Below, in pieces: positions 40,127-50,033 of a stretch of 64,000 nucleotides of DNA. Each line of letters starts with the position of its first letter. The stretch's first letter is position 1. Source of the DNA: Escherichia phage vB_EcoM_G37-3; sequence record MK327941.1; one strand, given 5' to 3'. The notes beneath the pieces were generated by a model. The model ran no database searches. It was not told the origin of the DNA and saw only the letters and a program-made list of their open reading frames with translations. The position numbers were made by a program, and so were the translations under genes.

Positions 40127-41814
40127 ATGCAAGATATTAAATTCACTTTCTGAACTACTCCCATGTTCAAATTGAATGTAGCGATTCAATTTTATTAGAA
40201 ATGCGAGATTATTTTAGTTTTGAAGTCGAGGGAGCGCGGTTTCAAAAAAGATTTAAGTATGGTGGATGGGATGGGCGTATTCGTCTTTTAGATTACAACG
40301 GAAAGCTGCCAATCGGTCTAACTAAAACCGTGGGAATCTTCGCTAAAAATATGGGCTATAGCGTATGGGTAGATCCTCGCTTATTCGAAAAAGAACAAGT
40401 TACAGAAGAAGAAATTACAAAATGGTGTAATAACTTAGAATTATATTCCGGTGCTAACAGGATCACCCCTCATTGGTATCAATCAAAGGCCGTCTTTGAA
40501 GGTATTTCATCATAAACGCCGTATGTTAGTTTTGCCTACGTCCGCTGGTAAATCTGCGATTGCTTGTATGTTGTCTCGTTGGTACTTAGAGAATTACGAA
40601 GGGAAAGTGTTGATCATCGTTCCTACCACGTCGCTAGTGCTGCAAATGCGTGATGACTTTGTTGATTATCGCCAGTTTCCTTATGAAGCAATTCATACTA
40701 TCATGAGCGGTACTAGTAAACACGTAGGTGATCGCCTGATCGTTGTTAGTACGTGGCAATCTGCATGTAAACAACCTAGTGAGTGGTTCCAACAATTCGG
40801 GATGGTTATTGTTGACGAATGTCACAAGGCCACTGCTAAAACCTGCTAAACATCGTTACTGATATGGATCATTGTCAATTTAAGATCGGCATGACTGGTT
40901 CCCCTCGTGACGGGAAAGCTAACATGATGCAGTATGTCGGGCTTTTCGGTGATATTTCTAAGATCGTGAGTATTGACCGCCTGATGGAAGAAGGGCAGGT
41001 GACAAAACTGAAAATTAACTGTCTTTTCCTTCGTTATACCGATGAGGAATAGCGCGGTTAAGGGGCGAGAATATGCGGAAGAGATCAAGTACATTACATC
41101 TAACCCACGACGAAATAAGTTTGCTTGTAATTTGGCGCTAAAACTCGCTAAGAAGGGCGAAAACGTATTCCTGATGTTCCGCAACACTAAGCACTGAAAA
41201 TTAACTGTCTTTTCCTTCGTTATACCGATGAGGAATGTAGCGCGGTTAAGGGGCGAGAATATGCGGAAGAGATCAAGTACATTACATCTAACCCACGACG
41301 AAATAAGTTTGCTTGTAATTTGGCGCTAAAACTCGCTAAGAAGGGCGAAAACGTATTCCTGATGTTCCGCAACACTAAGCACGGAAAACTTATGTATGAT
41401 GCGTTACAGAAGGTACACGACAAGGTTTATTATATTGACGGTGGAGTTAAGACAGAAGAACGTGATGAATTTAAGAAATTAGCGGAAGGGGAAACCGGGA
41501 TCATTTGCGTTGCATCCTATGGTGTGTTCTCTACTGGTGTTTCCATCAAGAATTTGCATCATGTTATTTTCGGTCATCCAGTGAAGGAATCAACTATCGT
41601 TCGTCAGAGTATCGGTCGTGCATTGCGTAAACATGGTTCTAAGGATATTGCAACGGTCTGGGATCTTATAGATCATCTGGCGGTGAAGACAAAGAGCAAT
41701 AATGCTAAGAAACAGTTTAGCCACCTTAATTATGCTCTTAAACATGCGCTTGAAAGAATAAAAATTTACAACACCGATCGATTCGAATATGTCACGAAAA
41801 CAATCGAGATTTAA
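40127..41814 (+). pseudogene. uvsW: uvsW (RNA-DNA/DNA-DNA helicase) disrupted by at least three frameshifts and an internal tandem duplication
   Basis: Pieces MQDIK (40127), frame A to 40515, frame B to 40849, frame C 40840..41052, frame C 41191..41814; each aligns to consecutive segments of T4 UvsW as recalled (FSFE..RF..RFKYGGWDGRIRLLDYN, LPTSAGKS, DECH, SPRDGKANMMQYVG, HGSKDIATVWDLID). Confidence 0.75.
41007..41380 (+). repeat. perfect tandem duplication inside uvsW (copy 1 41007-41192, 186 bp; copy 2 41193-41380, 188 bp)
   Basis: Copies identical except a 2-bp (gt) deletion in copy 1 that creates TAG at 41050-41052. Confidence 0.85.
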
Positions 41815-41818
41815 TAAA

Positions 41819-41842
41819 TAGGGGCTTTAATGCCCCTTTATT
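41819..41842 (+). terminator. rho-independent terminator after uvsW
   Basis: aggggc-tttaat-gcccct followed by T-rich tract. Confidence 0.55.
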
Positions 41843-41857
41843 CTACGGAGATTAAAA

Positions 41858-42094
41858 ATGATTAGCTTTAAACGTTTTTTGGTTGAGGCCGCTATTGACG
41901 GTTTCATGCGTAAGATTTATTCTTGTAATACTATCGAGGGATTAAATGAACTTGAGGCATATTATGAGAAGCGCAAGAAAGAAACAGAATTGAAACCTGC
42001 TGATGATATTTCGATCCGTGATGCCATCGCTGGACGCCGTAAGCAATTGGAAGCGGACAACGAGCCAGAAGAGGAGCCGGAAGAGGATTTTTAA
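41858..42094 (+). CDS. hypothetical acidic protein at the uvsW.1 position
   Basis: 78 aa ORF track; GGAG SD; position matches T4 uvsW.1. Confidence 0.5.
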   Translation: MISFKRFLVEAAIDGFMRKIYSCNTIEGLNELEAYYEKRKKETELKPADDISIRDAIAGRRKQLEADNEPEEEPEEDF

Positions 42095-42100
42095 GATATA

Positions 42101-42130
42101 AAAAAGCCCCATCAATGATGGGGCAAAATA
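42101..42130. terminator. bidirectional terminator hairpin gcccc-atcaatgat-ggggc flanked by A/T runs
   Basis: Lies between convergent forward and reverse genes. Confidence 0.55.
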
Positions 42131-42157
42131 AACCAATTAAAATCGGTTATCAACAAA

Positions 42158-42334
42158 TTACATTAACAGCATTGTTTGCTCTACGAGTTGTTCTTGTTCT
42201 TCGCCGTTCGCATCTTCACTAATCGAACGTTCTGTTACTAGCTGTAAGCAGTAGCCAGTGTGAACAACGCCGTTTTCTGTCTGGACGGATAACGCATCCT
42301 CGACAGGTTGTTTACAACAAATACAGATTTTCAT
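42158..42334 (-). CDS. hypothetical small Cys-rich protein (58 aa), downstream of uvsY
   Basis: GGAGGA SD before ATG 42334; MKICICCKQPVEDALSVQ...; below track cutoff. Confidence 0.45.
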   Translation of the reverse strand: MKICICCKQPVEDALSVQTENGVVHTGYCLQLVTERSISEDANGEEQEQLVEQTMLLM

Positions 42335-42355
42335 AAAAATTCCTCCTGCATGTAT

Positions 42356-42763
42356 TTAGCGACCAGATTCCAGCATACGCAATTCTATAGCATTCTTGAT
42401 CGCAAAGCCACGAGATTTAACGATATCAAGTGCGCGACCAGCGAAATCCATTACCATCTGGTAATATGCAATTTTCGTATCAAGCGGTAAGATCTCGTCG
42501 TCTGCTGCCATGACAACTTTCAATTCTGATTTCTCATATTCAGCACGACACCAGTCATCACTACGGTTAGTGTAAAAGTCAAGACGATTTTTCATAGCCT
42601 TTTTCTTTTTAGCCTCAAGAGCAATCGTCTCTCTTTTCGCCTCGCTGTAAATCCTTAACCACTTTGAGTATACTACCGGATTATTCAGCGCCTCCCATTG
42701 CAACTTAGTCGCATCGATCTTCATGTCAGATTCTAATTGTTCTTTCAAATCGTTTAGGTCCAT
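42356..42763 (-). CDS. uvsY: recombination mediator protein UvsY
   Basis: 135 aa; ATKLQWEALNNPVVYSKWL and KSRGFAIKNAIELRMLESG resemble T4 UvsY. Confidence 0.9.
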   Translation of the reverse strand: MDLNDLKEQLESDMKIDATKLQWEALNNPVVYSKWLRIYSEAKRETIALEAKKKKAMKNRLDFYTNRSDDWCRAEYEKSELKVVMAADDEILPLDTKIAYYQMVMDFAGRALDIVKSRGFAIKNAIELRMLESGR

Positions 42764-42810
42764 AATATCCCCTTATTCACACTAAGACCTATATCATATC
42801 ACACACAAAA

Positions 42811-43197
42811 TCACTTTGCAAGTCTTATGCGTAGTTGTTCAAGATCATCTGGGTTATCTATTACTGAAAAGTAGATTGATACTATGATTGAGTTATCGTC
42901 GTACTGCGGAGTTACTTCTACTGTCAGGTTTCGGACCCGTGGTTCATAGTTTCGGATCGCCTCATTGATGTTTTTTGATAAGGTATCCACCGTCAGTGGG
43001 TTCATGTTCTCAAACAGTGATTTATTGAGATCGCATCCAAACAGTGGATCAAATGGACGAGATCCCTTGCGAGTAGTCACGATCAGTAGAATAGAATCTT
43101 TAACCGCTTTAATCCCTATGTTCTTTTTAACGTCGTTATTCCACGATCTGGATATATTGAGATCCAAATCAGTATACATCTGATTAATAGTTGCCAT
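42811..43197 (-). CDS. 25: baseplate wedge protein gp25
   Basis: Start at ATG 43197 (track start 43209 is TTG); TTRKGSRPFDP.FGCDL and FSVIDNPDD resemble T4 gp25. Confidence 0.85.
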   Translation of the reverse strand: MATINQMYTDLDLNISRSWNNDVKKNIGIKAVKDSILLIVTTRKGSRPFDPLFGCDLNKSLFENMNPLTVDTLSKNINEAIRNYEPRVRNLTVEVTPQYDDNSIIVSIYFSVIDNPDDLEQLRIRLAK

Positions 43198-43205
43198 GTT
43201 ATACC

Positions 43206-43835
43206 TCAAAGAATTTTAAGGAAACTGGATAGACCTGATAATGAATATACACCAGATTCCCCGCATTCGCACTTGATCGGTACTGCCAGCGTGATTTGAT
43301 TTCTTGTTAGCTCGTCGATCACTTCTTCCACTTTATCCGTGGTAAGCATATCCAGCACGCGGTCAAAGTCCTGTGCGTTCAGGTCGTCTATATTGAATTG
43401 CTGATCGCCGATCACGATATATTCGATACATGCAATTACCATCTGCATAATATCAACATCTTCTGTAAACTTAGGTTGACGAAATTTGATTTTTACTTGC
43501 CCTAAGTCCAGAATATACGGTTCAACTTCTGGTATCTGTGTGCGTGAAACATCAAGAGAGTATACTTTCTCTTTATTGCATACACCACACACCCAAGTAG
43601 CATCAATTTTCATCTTATTGAGGCTGTGACACCATAAGAGAAGAAAAATATATTCTGCTTCGCATTTCTCTAGCTCTAATGCATTGATCCCCGTACATTC
43701 ATGTATGATCTCTATAACAACCTCTGACAGCTTGCCAGTCTCTTTTGCTGCTACCAGTTTTTGAAATTCGCCGAAGGTGAAAGCACGGGCGTGTATCAAC
43801 TTTTCGCCTAATTGGATCTTGAAAAAGTATTGCAT
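43206..43835 (-). CDS. 26: baseplate hub subunit gp26
   Basis: 209 aa (T4 208); position. Confidence 0.75.
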   Translation of the reverse strand: MQYFFKIQLGEKLIHARAFTFGEFQKLVAAKETGKLSEVVIEIIHECTGINALELEKCEAEYIFLLLWCHSLNKMKIDATWVCGVCNKEKVYSLDVSRTQIPEVEPYILDLGQVKIKFRQPKFTEDVDIMQMVIACIEYIVIGDQQFNIDDLNAQDFDRVLDMLTTDKVEEVIDELTRNQITLAVPIKCECGESGVYSLSGLSSFLKIL

Positions 43836-43877
43836 AATAAAACACCCTTTATAAACACATAGAATTATTTAGTATTT

Positions 43878-43885
43878 TATAAATA
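43878..43885 (+). promoter_or_regulatory. late promoter motif TATAAATA upstream of gene 51
   Basis: Exact motif about 21 nt upstream of ATG 43906 in the divergent 26/51 spacer. Confidence 0.5.
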
Positions 43886-43905
43886 CCCGAAAGGGGGATT
43901 ATACC

Positions 43906-44676
43906 ATGAATATTATCCGAATAAAACTACCGGAAGGTGTGCAGAGATTTAAACCATTCACGGTAAAAGATTATAGAGATTTCCTTCTGGTGTCAACTGA
44001 AATTAAGATGAATCCAGAAGAAGAACAAACGATTCTTGATGAGCTATTAGAAGAAATATATCCAGACGTAGATCCGGCATTTCGTGAATATATTTTCCTG
44101 AATGTCTTTACTAGTTCAATTGGTAAAACTAAGATACCGCTTTGTTTTACTTGCCCGACTTGCAACAAAGAAAGAAGAATGTTGCTTAACTTACAGGTTG
44201 AAGCACTAAAACCAATCGTTCTAGAGGCCGCAGGGCTTAAAATAACTTTCCGGTATGTTAAACCATCAACCGACTATGCAAAAACGTTTCTGGATGCGAT
44301 AGAGCGTGTATCTGATGGTATTAATGACTATCTATGGACTGAATTGCCGGAAGAAGTTAGAGAACAGGTTATCGATTCAATCTCATTTTCTGAATTTGAA
44401 GAAGTTGTTAAGCAGATGCACACAATCAAGATCGAACAAAAGATATCTTGTTGTGAGAGTCATGACCTGAAATACATAGGTCTTCTTCCATTATTCAAAT
44501 TGTTGTTGAATCCAGATGAGTTATTCATCTTTTATCGAATAAACCATCTATTGGCAAAATCAAATTATTCTATCAGTGATCTTATGGACATGTTACCCGT
44601 CGAGAGAAACATTGCACTGACACTGGTCGAGAAAGACGTAAAAGAGGCAAACAATGCAAAGAACGGGGTTTCCTAA
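43906..44676 (+). CDS. 51: baseplate hub assembly protein gp51
   Basis: 256 aa (T4 249); position. Confidence 0.7.
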   Translation: MNIIRIKLPEGVQRFKPFTVKDYRDFLLVSTEIKMNPEEEQTILDELLEEIYPDVDPAFREYIFLNVFTSSIGKTKIPLCFTCPTCNKERRMLLNLQVEALKPIVLEAAGLKITFRYVKPSTDYAKTFLDAIERVSDGINDYLWTELPEEVREQVIDSISFSEFEEVVKQMHTIKIEQKISCCESHDLKYIGLLPLFKLLLNPDELFIFYRINHLLAKSNYSISDLMDMLPVERNIALTLVEKDVKEANNAKNGVS

Positions 44677-45763
44677 TGTCTCAATAAAACTTTATCAGGA
44701 TTATGAGGCATTTCTAAATCATCGCTTTATAGAATTGGGTGCTACCTTTGTTACAATGACTCTGCGTGATTCGATTCGTGGGGTGAACGAAGGATTGTTG
44801 CAATTCTATGATAATAAGGCGATGCATACAAAATTAAACGGGAGAGAGATCATTCAGATTTCGCTATCCACTGCTAATACAGATGAAGTGTTTAACCGAA
44901 TCTATGGGATCTCTCATAGTAATGTAACAATTGACCAAAAATCCGACAACATTTTAACATTCCAGTTAAAGAGCTATCACGAATCATTAAACCTTAAATT
45001 TTCTCGCTCATTGACAAATAACGCGGTTAATAACGTAACTAGCATGATTGATGCCATCTATAAGGAAGTTCCTTTATGGAAACCTACTATAAAGGGTGAT
45101 AACGTTGTTATTCCTCGTTGTCCGTGGGTTAGTACCATAAATGACTATATGGATTTTGTGAGGGCATACGGGCAAAGCGTAGAAACCGAGTCTTTCGTGT
45201 ATTGCTGGGAAGATTTTGATGGTATAACGATCGCTGGACACGATACAATATTAAAAAATGAGCCAATACCAGCTATAATCTGTGAGCCTAGACTCATGGG
45301 GCAGTTTATTGATATGTCGCCTAATCTGATGGTTTTTAATTTCGAGTGGCAGACTAAGAGCAATGCTAAAGTTAAAAATTCATTTAGCAATGTGACATAC
45401 ACAACTATTGATTTTGTTACTAAGCAGTATAATAAAATTATTGTTGGTAATGGGGATAACATTGCACACTTTGCTCATGGTGGCGCTTATGGCGATTTAA
45501 CTTATAAGAATGCGTTTTTGGAAGGTTCTAAACTTGCCACAATAGAACAATATGATTCATATGCTACCGCCGTGTGTCACGGTAATTTTTCGTTGCGCCC
45601 CGGTATGGTTATTCGATTCTTTGATGAGAAGCAACAAGCACGCAATGATTTTATTGTTGACGAAGTTGTGCATGAAATTAGCCGAGAGCAATCATTAACT
45701 CACCTGTATATGATCGGTAACAGCGAAGAATTACAGGAAGTCAAATTTGAAGGTAAGATATAA
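44654..45763 (+). CDS. 27: baseplate hub subunit gp27
   Basis: 369 aa; MQRTGFPNVSIKLYQDYEAF.NHRFIELGAT..TMTLRDS resembles T4 gp27 N-terminus. Confidence 0.8.
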   Translation: MQRTGFPNVSIKLYQDYEAFLNHRFIELGATFVTMTLRDSIRGVNEGLLQFYDNKAMHTKLNGREIIQISLSTANTDEVFNRIYGISHSNVTIDQKSDNILTFQLKSYHESLNLKFSRSLTNNAVNNVTSMIDAIYKEVPLWKPTIKGDNVVIPRCPWVSTINDYMDFVRAYGQSVETESFVYCWEDFDGITIAGHDTILKNEPIPAIICEPRLMGQFIDMSPNLMVFNFEWQTKSNAKVKNSFSNVTYTTIDFVTKQYNKIIVGNGDNIAHFAHGGAYGDLTYKNAFLEGSKLATIEQYDSYATAVCHGNFSLRPGMVIRFFDEKQQARNDFIVDEVVHEISREQSLTHLYMIGNSEELQEVKFEGKI

Positions 45764-46281
45764 TGACAGAAACTAAACCTATGTTAAAATTTGTTGTTCC
45801 TGTAAAAAAATTAGAGATAAACGGGAAACATATCAAGATCCCAAAAATGGGGATTAAGCAACATCGATTATTAAAAGATGTTCGTAGCTGTGATGAAACA
45901 TTAAAGATTCTTCTTGATTCAATCTGTCCTGGGTTAAACGCTGCCGAGTCTGAATTGGTTATGCTTAACCTTTGTGCGTTTAATGGTAAGTGTCTGGAAG
46001 AAAAAGATGGTCTTAAGCTGTCTGATGTGTATATTTGTACAGAGACTGAATTTACTTTAAATGGTAAAGTCTTTAAATTTAAAAATCCAATGTATACTTC
46101 TGACCCCATTATCGATGACGCTGATTTCTTGAGTCATCATTATCACGATCCTAGTGTAGACTTCCATGATTTCCCAGCTTTTATTATGGATTGGGCTACA
46201 GGATTAAGAAAAACTATTGCACTGGATACACCGGAAGGTACTATCTATGGTGGAATTAACATATTGGATCGCCTATCATGA
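45763..46281 (+). CDS. 28: baseplate hub distal subunit gp28
   Basis: 172 aa (T4 177); position. Confidence 0.7.
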   Translation: MTETKPMLKFVVPVKKLEINGKHIKIPKMGIKQHRLLKDVRSCDETLKILLDSICPGLNAAESELVMLNLCAFNGKCLEEKDGLKLSDVYICTETEFTLNGKVFKFKNPMYTSDPIIDDADFLSHHYHDPSVDFHDFPAFIMDWATGLRKTIALDTPEGTIYGGINILDRLS

Positions 46282-46305
46282 ATGACGCATTAACATCATT
46301 TCGGG

Positions 46306-48009
46306 ATGCGCAAGGAAGCGGAAGAAAACCCGATTGATAAACTTAACAAATTAGATAAACTTGATTCTATTGATAATTTGCAAGCCGCTACCGAATTGGT
46401 GGCGGAGACAGTGGAACAAAAATCTAATGAAGTTGTTGGTGCGGTAGAGGATAACACCGCAGCCAATGAATTGACGGCAGAAAATACACAATCTACCGCT
46501 GGCAATACCCAAAAAACTTATGAAGAATTGCAAAAACTCAATAATTTCTCTTCTCAGATGAATGAGAAATTACGTGGTTTTGGTGTTATGATGGAACGTA
46601 GATTTGGTGTTGTCAGTAAAATGGCTAGCGGTATTGGTGCGATTGAAGAAGCATTGAAAAAACCGGAACAACCGCAAACAATGCCATCACCTCAGCCAGT
46701 TTTGCCTACTGTGCCGGAACAGCCTAATAATGACAACTATCAAGGTCTTCCAAAGAAAAAACCAGATGTTGAGGAACGGAAGAAAAAGAACGCCACAGAT
46801 AAGCGTAATGCAGATTCTATGGAAAATCTTCTTAAAGTTGTTCGTGGAGGATTTAAAGAAACCATAGGTATCTCTAATAAGGTCTTAGGGATGTTATTTA
46901 AGATCACTTTGACCGCTATGGCAGAAGCCGCAAAATGGGGTGCTATTTTGATGGGTATTGTTTTTGTCATTGATACCCTGATGGTTCATTTCAGATATTG
47001 GAGCGATTTATTCGAGACAAAGTTCAGTGAATTTATGGATAAGGCCGGAGAATGGGCTGGTCCTATTAGCGATATTTTAACTACTGTTCGTCAGGTTCGA
47101 GATTATTGGTCTAAAGGCGAATATGGGGAGTTAATTAAATCTCTTGTTATGGGTATTGGTGATGCATTCTATAAAACCTTTATCCAACTTGATCGAATTA
47201 TCACTACTGGTATTGCTAAAATTCTTCGCATGATCCCTGGTATGGGTGATTATGCCGATAAGTTAGAATATGGTGCTTTAAAATCTGCTGTCGCTCAAGG
47301 CTATACGCCAAATGAAAGAGAACTCGAATTAATGGATAAGATCGAGTCTGAACACGAAGAAGACAAATATGGAGAGCGCACAGGATGGACAGGAAAAGCC
47401 CGTGATATTGGCGAAGCTATTGGGGATTCTATTAAGGATAAAGTTAACGAAGGTCTTGTTAGTCTGGGCTGGAGAGATCAAAAGGATGTTGACGCAGAGA
47501 AACGACAAGAAGAATTAAAACGCGGGGAATATAAGTCTGTTTCTGCTGAACAACGATCTGCTAGTCGTAAACTTAGAATTAAAAGCGAGGGCGCGATCAA
47601 TAATATTAATGAAGTTATGGAGAATTTGAGCGGTGACTATGACAAAGAAAGAATGGGAGAGTTGAAAAAGGATATTGATGTTTACCGTGAGCAAGTTCAA
47701 GATCCTACATTAGTTGAAAGTGATCGTTCTCAGTTAGAGCGTCTTATTGAAAAATTTGATGAGATGTATGCTGATAAAACTAAGGGTGTGGTTCCAACTA
47801 ATCCTGTTCCTGCAACTGAAACGGAAACAGCAAAACAAGCGGAACGTACTGAACAAATGCAGAAACAAGCTGCAATCCAGCAACAAACGACAAATCAGAC
47901 CTCAAACGTAAATAATACACAAATTGTAACAAACAATAGAACTATTAAACAGGGTGCACCAACAACTAGAATTGATGCTCCCGGTACAATTAATATGGGG
48001 AACTTTTAA
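46306..48009 (+). CDS. 29: baseplate hub / tail length determinator gp29
   Basis: 567 aa (T4 590); hydrophobic segment and position. Confidence 0.7.
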   Translation: MRKEAEENPIDKLNKLDKLDSIDNLQAATELVAETVEQKSNEVVGAVEDNTAANELTAENTQSTAGNTQKTYEELQKLNNFSSQMNEKLRGFGVMMERRFGVVSKMASGIGAIEEALKKPEQPQTMPSPQPVLPTVPEQPNNDNYQGLPKKKPDVEERKKKNATDKRNADSMENLLKVVRGGFKETIGISNKVLGMLFKITLTAMAEAAKWGAILMGIVFVIDTLMVHFRYWSDLFETKFSEFMDKAGEWAGPISDILTTVRQVRDYWSKGEYGELIKSLVMGIGDAFYKTFIQLDRIITTGIAKILRMIPGMGDYADKLEYGALKSAVAQGYTPNERELELMDKIESEHEEDKYGERTGWTGKARDIGEAIGDSIKDKVNEGLVSLGWRDQKDVDAEKRQEELKRGEYKSVSAEQRSASRKLRIKSEGAINNINEVMENLSGDYDKERMGELKKDIDVYREQVQDPTLVESDRSQLERLIEKFDEMYADKTKGVVPTNPVPATETETAKQAERTEQMQKQAAIQQQTTNQTSNVNNTQIVTNNRTIKQGAPTTRIDAPGTINMGNF

Positions 48010-49067
48010 TGAAAATTAGTGTTATCAATGATGCCGTTGATAGCTTTAAAGCGGGGGTTAAAACCTCCGCTGGTTTTACCTCAAAAAATAAAGGGAAAAC
48101 ATTAACCGCTCAATTCCCCGCTGAACGTGCTAGCGGTAATGATGCTAGCGGTTATTATATCAACGACTTATATAATAATGGTCTGTTATTCACTGCATAC
48201 GATTATACATCTCGTACTACTGGTTCGTTGCGTGATTTCAGGAAAAAGAAAAATGTTGCTAGCGGTTTTGGCGGTAGCGTTAATATCGCTGGTTTTGATT
48301 TAAATTTGGGTGGGAGAAATGCTGCATTTGACCGAGAGGCAATTGCTAATATTCTTCTTCCTCGTAGTCAATCTGACGTTGACGCTGCTAGCCATAAGTT
48401 TAATGATGTTGGTGAATCTGTTATTTCTCGCGGTGGTGGTACTTTAGGCGGTGCTCTTTCTAATATGGCATCTACTGCCGTTTTTGGCGGTATCGAAAGT
48501 ATTACTGGTGGATACCTTGCCGATCACGGTGAGCAGATTTATAATACTGCGCGAAGTATGTATGCTGGTGCTGACGCACGAACTAAAAACTACGTATGGC
48601 ATCTAACCCCACGTAGTATTGAAGACCTTCGCAATATTCTGATCATATACGAAACGTTTTTAGAATTGTCTTATGGTTCTAGTGGTATTTCCAGCACCGC
48701 AAAAGAATTAAAAGCGGAAGTTGATGCGTGGTATAAAAATACACTATTGAGAAAATCCACCCCAGAGGAAGCGAAGAGAAATGATACTCTGTTTGAAGGG
48801 ATCACCGATTTTCTATCAAACGTAATTACTGTATCTAACCCGACAATATGGATGATCTCTAACTTCGGCAAGCGTACATCGTTTGAAGGGCGTAGCGATG
48901 CATTTGGTCCCGCTCAGATCTCAAGTGTACGTCTGGACAAGTCGCCTGATGGTAAGTTTAATGGCCTTGCTATTTCTCCTAACTTGCCGAGTACCTTTGT
49001 TCTGGAAGTATCATTTAGAGAGATCTTGACACTTTCCCGTGGTACTATATTTGGGAGTGCGGCATAA
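48009..49067 (+). CDS. 48: baseplate tail tube cap gp48
   Basis: 352 aa (T4 364); position. Confidence 0.75.
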   Translation: MKISVINDAVDSFKAGVKTSAGFTSKNKGKTLTAQFPAERASGNDASGYYINDLYNNGLLFTAYDYTSRTTGSLRDFRKKKNVASGFGGSVNIAGFDLNLGGRNAAFDREAIANILLPRSQSDVDAASHKFNDVGESVISRGGGTLGGALSNMASTAVFGGIESITGGYLADHGEQIYNTARSMYAGADARTKNYVWHLTPRSIEDLRNILIIYETFLELSYGSSGISSTAKELKAEVDAWYKNTLLRKSTPEEAKRNDTLFEGITDFLSNVITVSNPTIWMISNFGKRTSFEGRSDAFGPAQISSVRLDKSPDGKFNGLAISPNLPSTFVLEVSFREILTLSRGTIFGSAA

Positions 49068-49999
49068 TGTTTGATTTAAATGATTTTAACGAACAAGCCG
49101 CTAACCTTGACTTTCAGCGATCTAACTTATTCAGCGTGGCATTTGCCACCACTCCAAGTAATAAGACACAAGCGATCCTAGAAAGTATGGGTGGTGCGGT
49201 ATATGATATTATACCAAATGCATTAAATGACTATTTCGGGATTACTCGTGGTGATTATACTGACGCATTAACAAATCTTGCTGTACAGGGTGTTAGGCGT
49301 GCTGTTGATTCATCTGGTGTCAAAAAGTATCTTTTAGGTGCAATGTCATCCCGCGTAGTTCAATCTCTTCTGGGGCAATTTGATGTTGGTACATATGCGC
49401 TTGACTGGTTCAATATGGCATATAAGACAAGCGGTCTTCTGGTGTATGCTGTTAAGGTTCCAGAAAACAGATTGAATTATGAAATGGACCGTAACCACAA
49501 TGCGCCAAACATTCGAATTACCGGACGTGATTTTGATCCGCTTGTATTGAGCTTTAGAATGGACTCTAGCGCATCAAACTATAGAGCAATGCAGGATTGG
49601 GTTAACTCAGTAGAAGACCCCGTTACAGGGCTTCGTGCGCTTCCTGTTGACGTTGAAGCAGATATTCAGGTTAACTTACATAACCGAATGGGAGTTCCTC
49701 ACACGATCATGATGTTTAATGGTTGTGTTCCTGTTGGTGTGAGTGCACCGGAATTAACCTATGAAAATAACAACGAAATTACAACATTCGATGTTACTTT
49801 TGCGTATAGGACTATGCAAACTGGTGCTGTAGGAGAGCAAGCCGCGCGAGAATGGATTGAGGATAAGGCAATAAACGCAATAACAAACACTTTCGGTAAT
49901 AATTTACTTGATAGTGGGTTATCTGCTGCTGGTAATGCTTTATCGCGTCTAAATGGCGTTGGTGGGCGTGTGGTGAATACTGTCACTAACTGGTTCTGA
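49067..49999 (+). CDS. 54: baseplate tail tube initiator gp54
   Basis: 310 aa (T4 320); position. Confidence 0.75.
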   Translation: MFDLNDFNEQAANLDFQRSNLFSVAFATTPSNKTQAILESMGGAVYDIIPNALNDYFGITRGDYTDALTNLAVQGVRRAVDSSGVKKYLLGAMSSRVVQSLLGQFDVGTYALDWFNMAYKTSGLLVYAVKVPENRLNYEMDRNHNAPNIRITGRDFDPLVLSFRMDSSASNYRAMQDWVNSVEDPVTGLRALPVDVEADIQVNLHNRMGVPHTIMMFNGCVPVGVSAPELTYENNNEITTFDVTFAYRTMQTGAVGEQAAREWIEDKAINAITNTFGNNLLDSGLSAAGNALSRLNGVGGRVVNTVTNWF

Positions 50000-50007
50000 T
50001 AAACGAA

Positions 50008-50033
50008 AGGCGGGGATTATCCCCGCCTTTTTA
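50008..50033. terminator. bidirectional terminator aggcgggga-tta-tccccgcct with flanking T/A runs
   Basis: Between convergent gene 54 and reverse lipoprotein gene. Confidence 0.65.

Noticed and set aside
45741-46109. 122-aa reverse ORF
   Set aside because: Antisense within gene 28.
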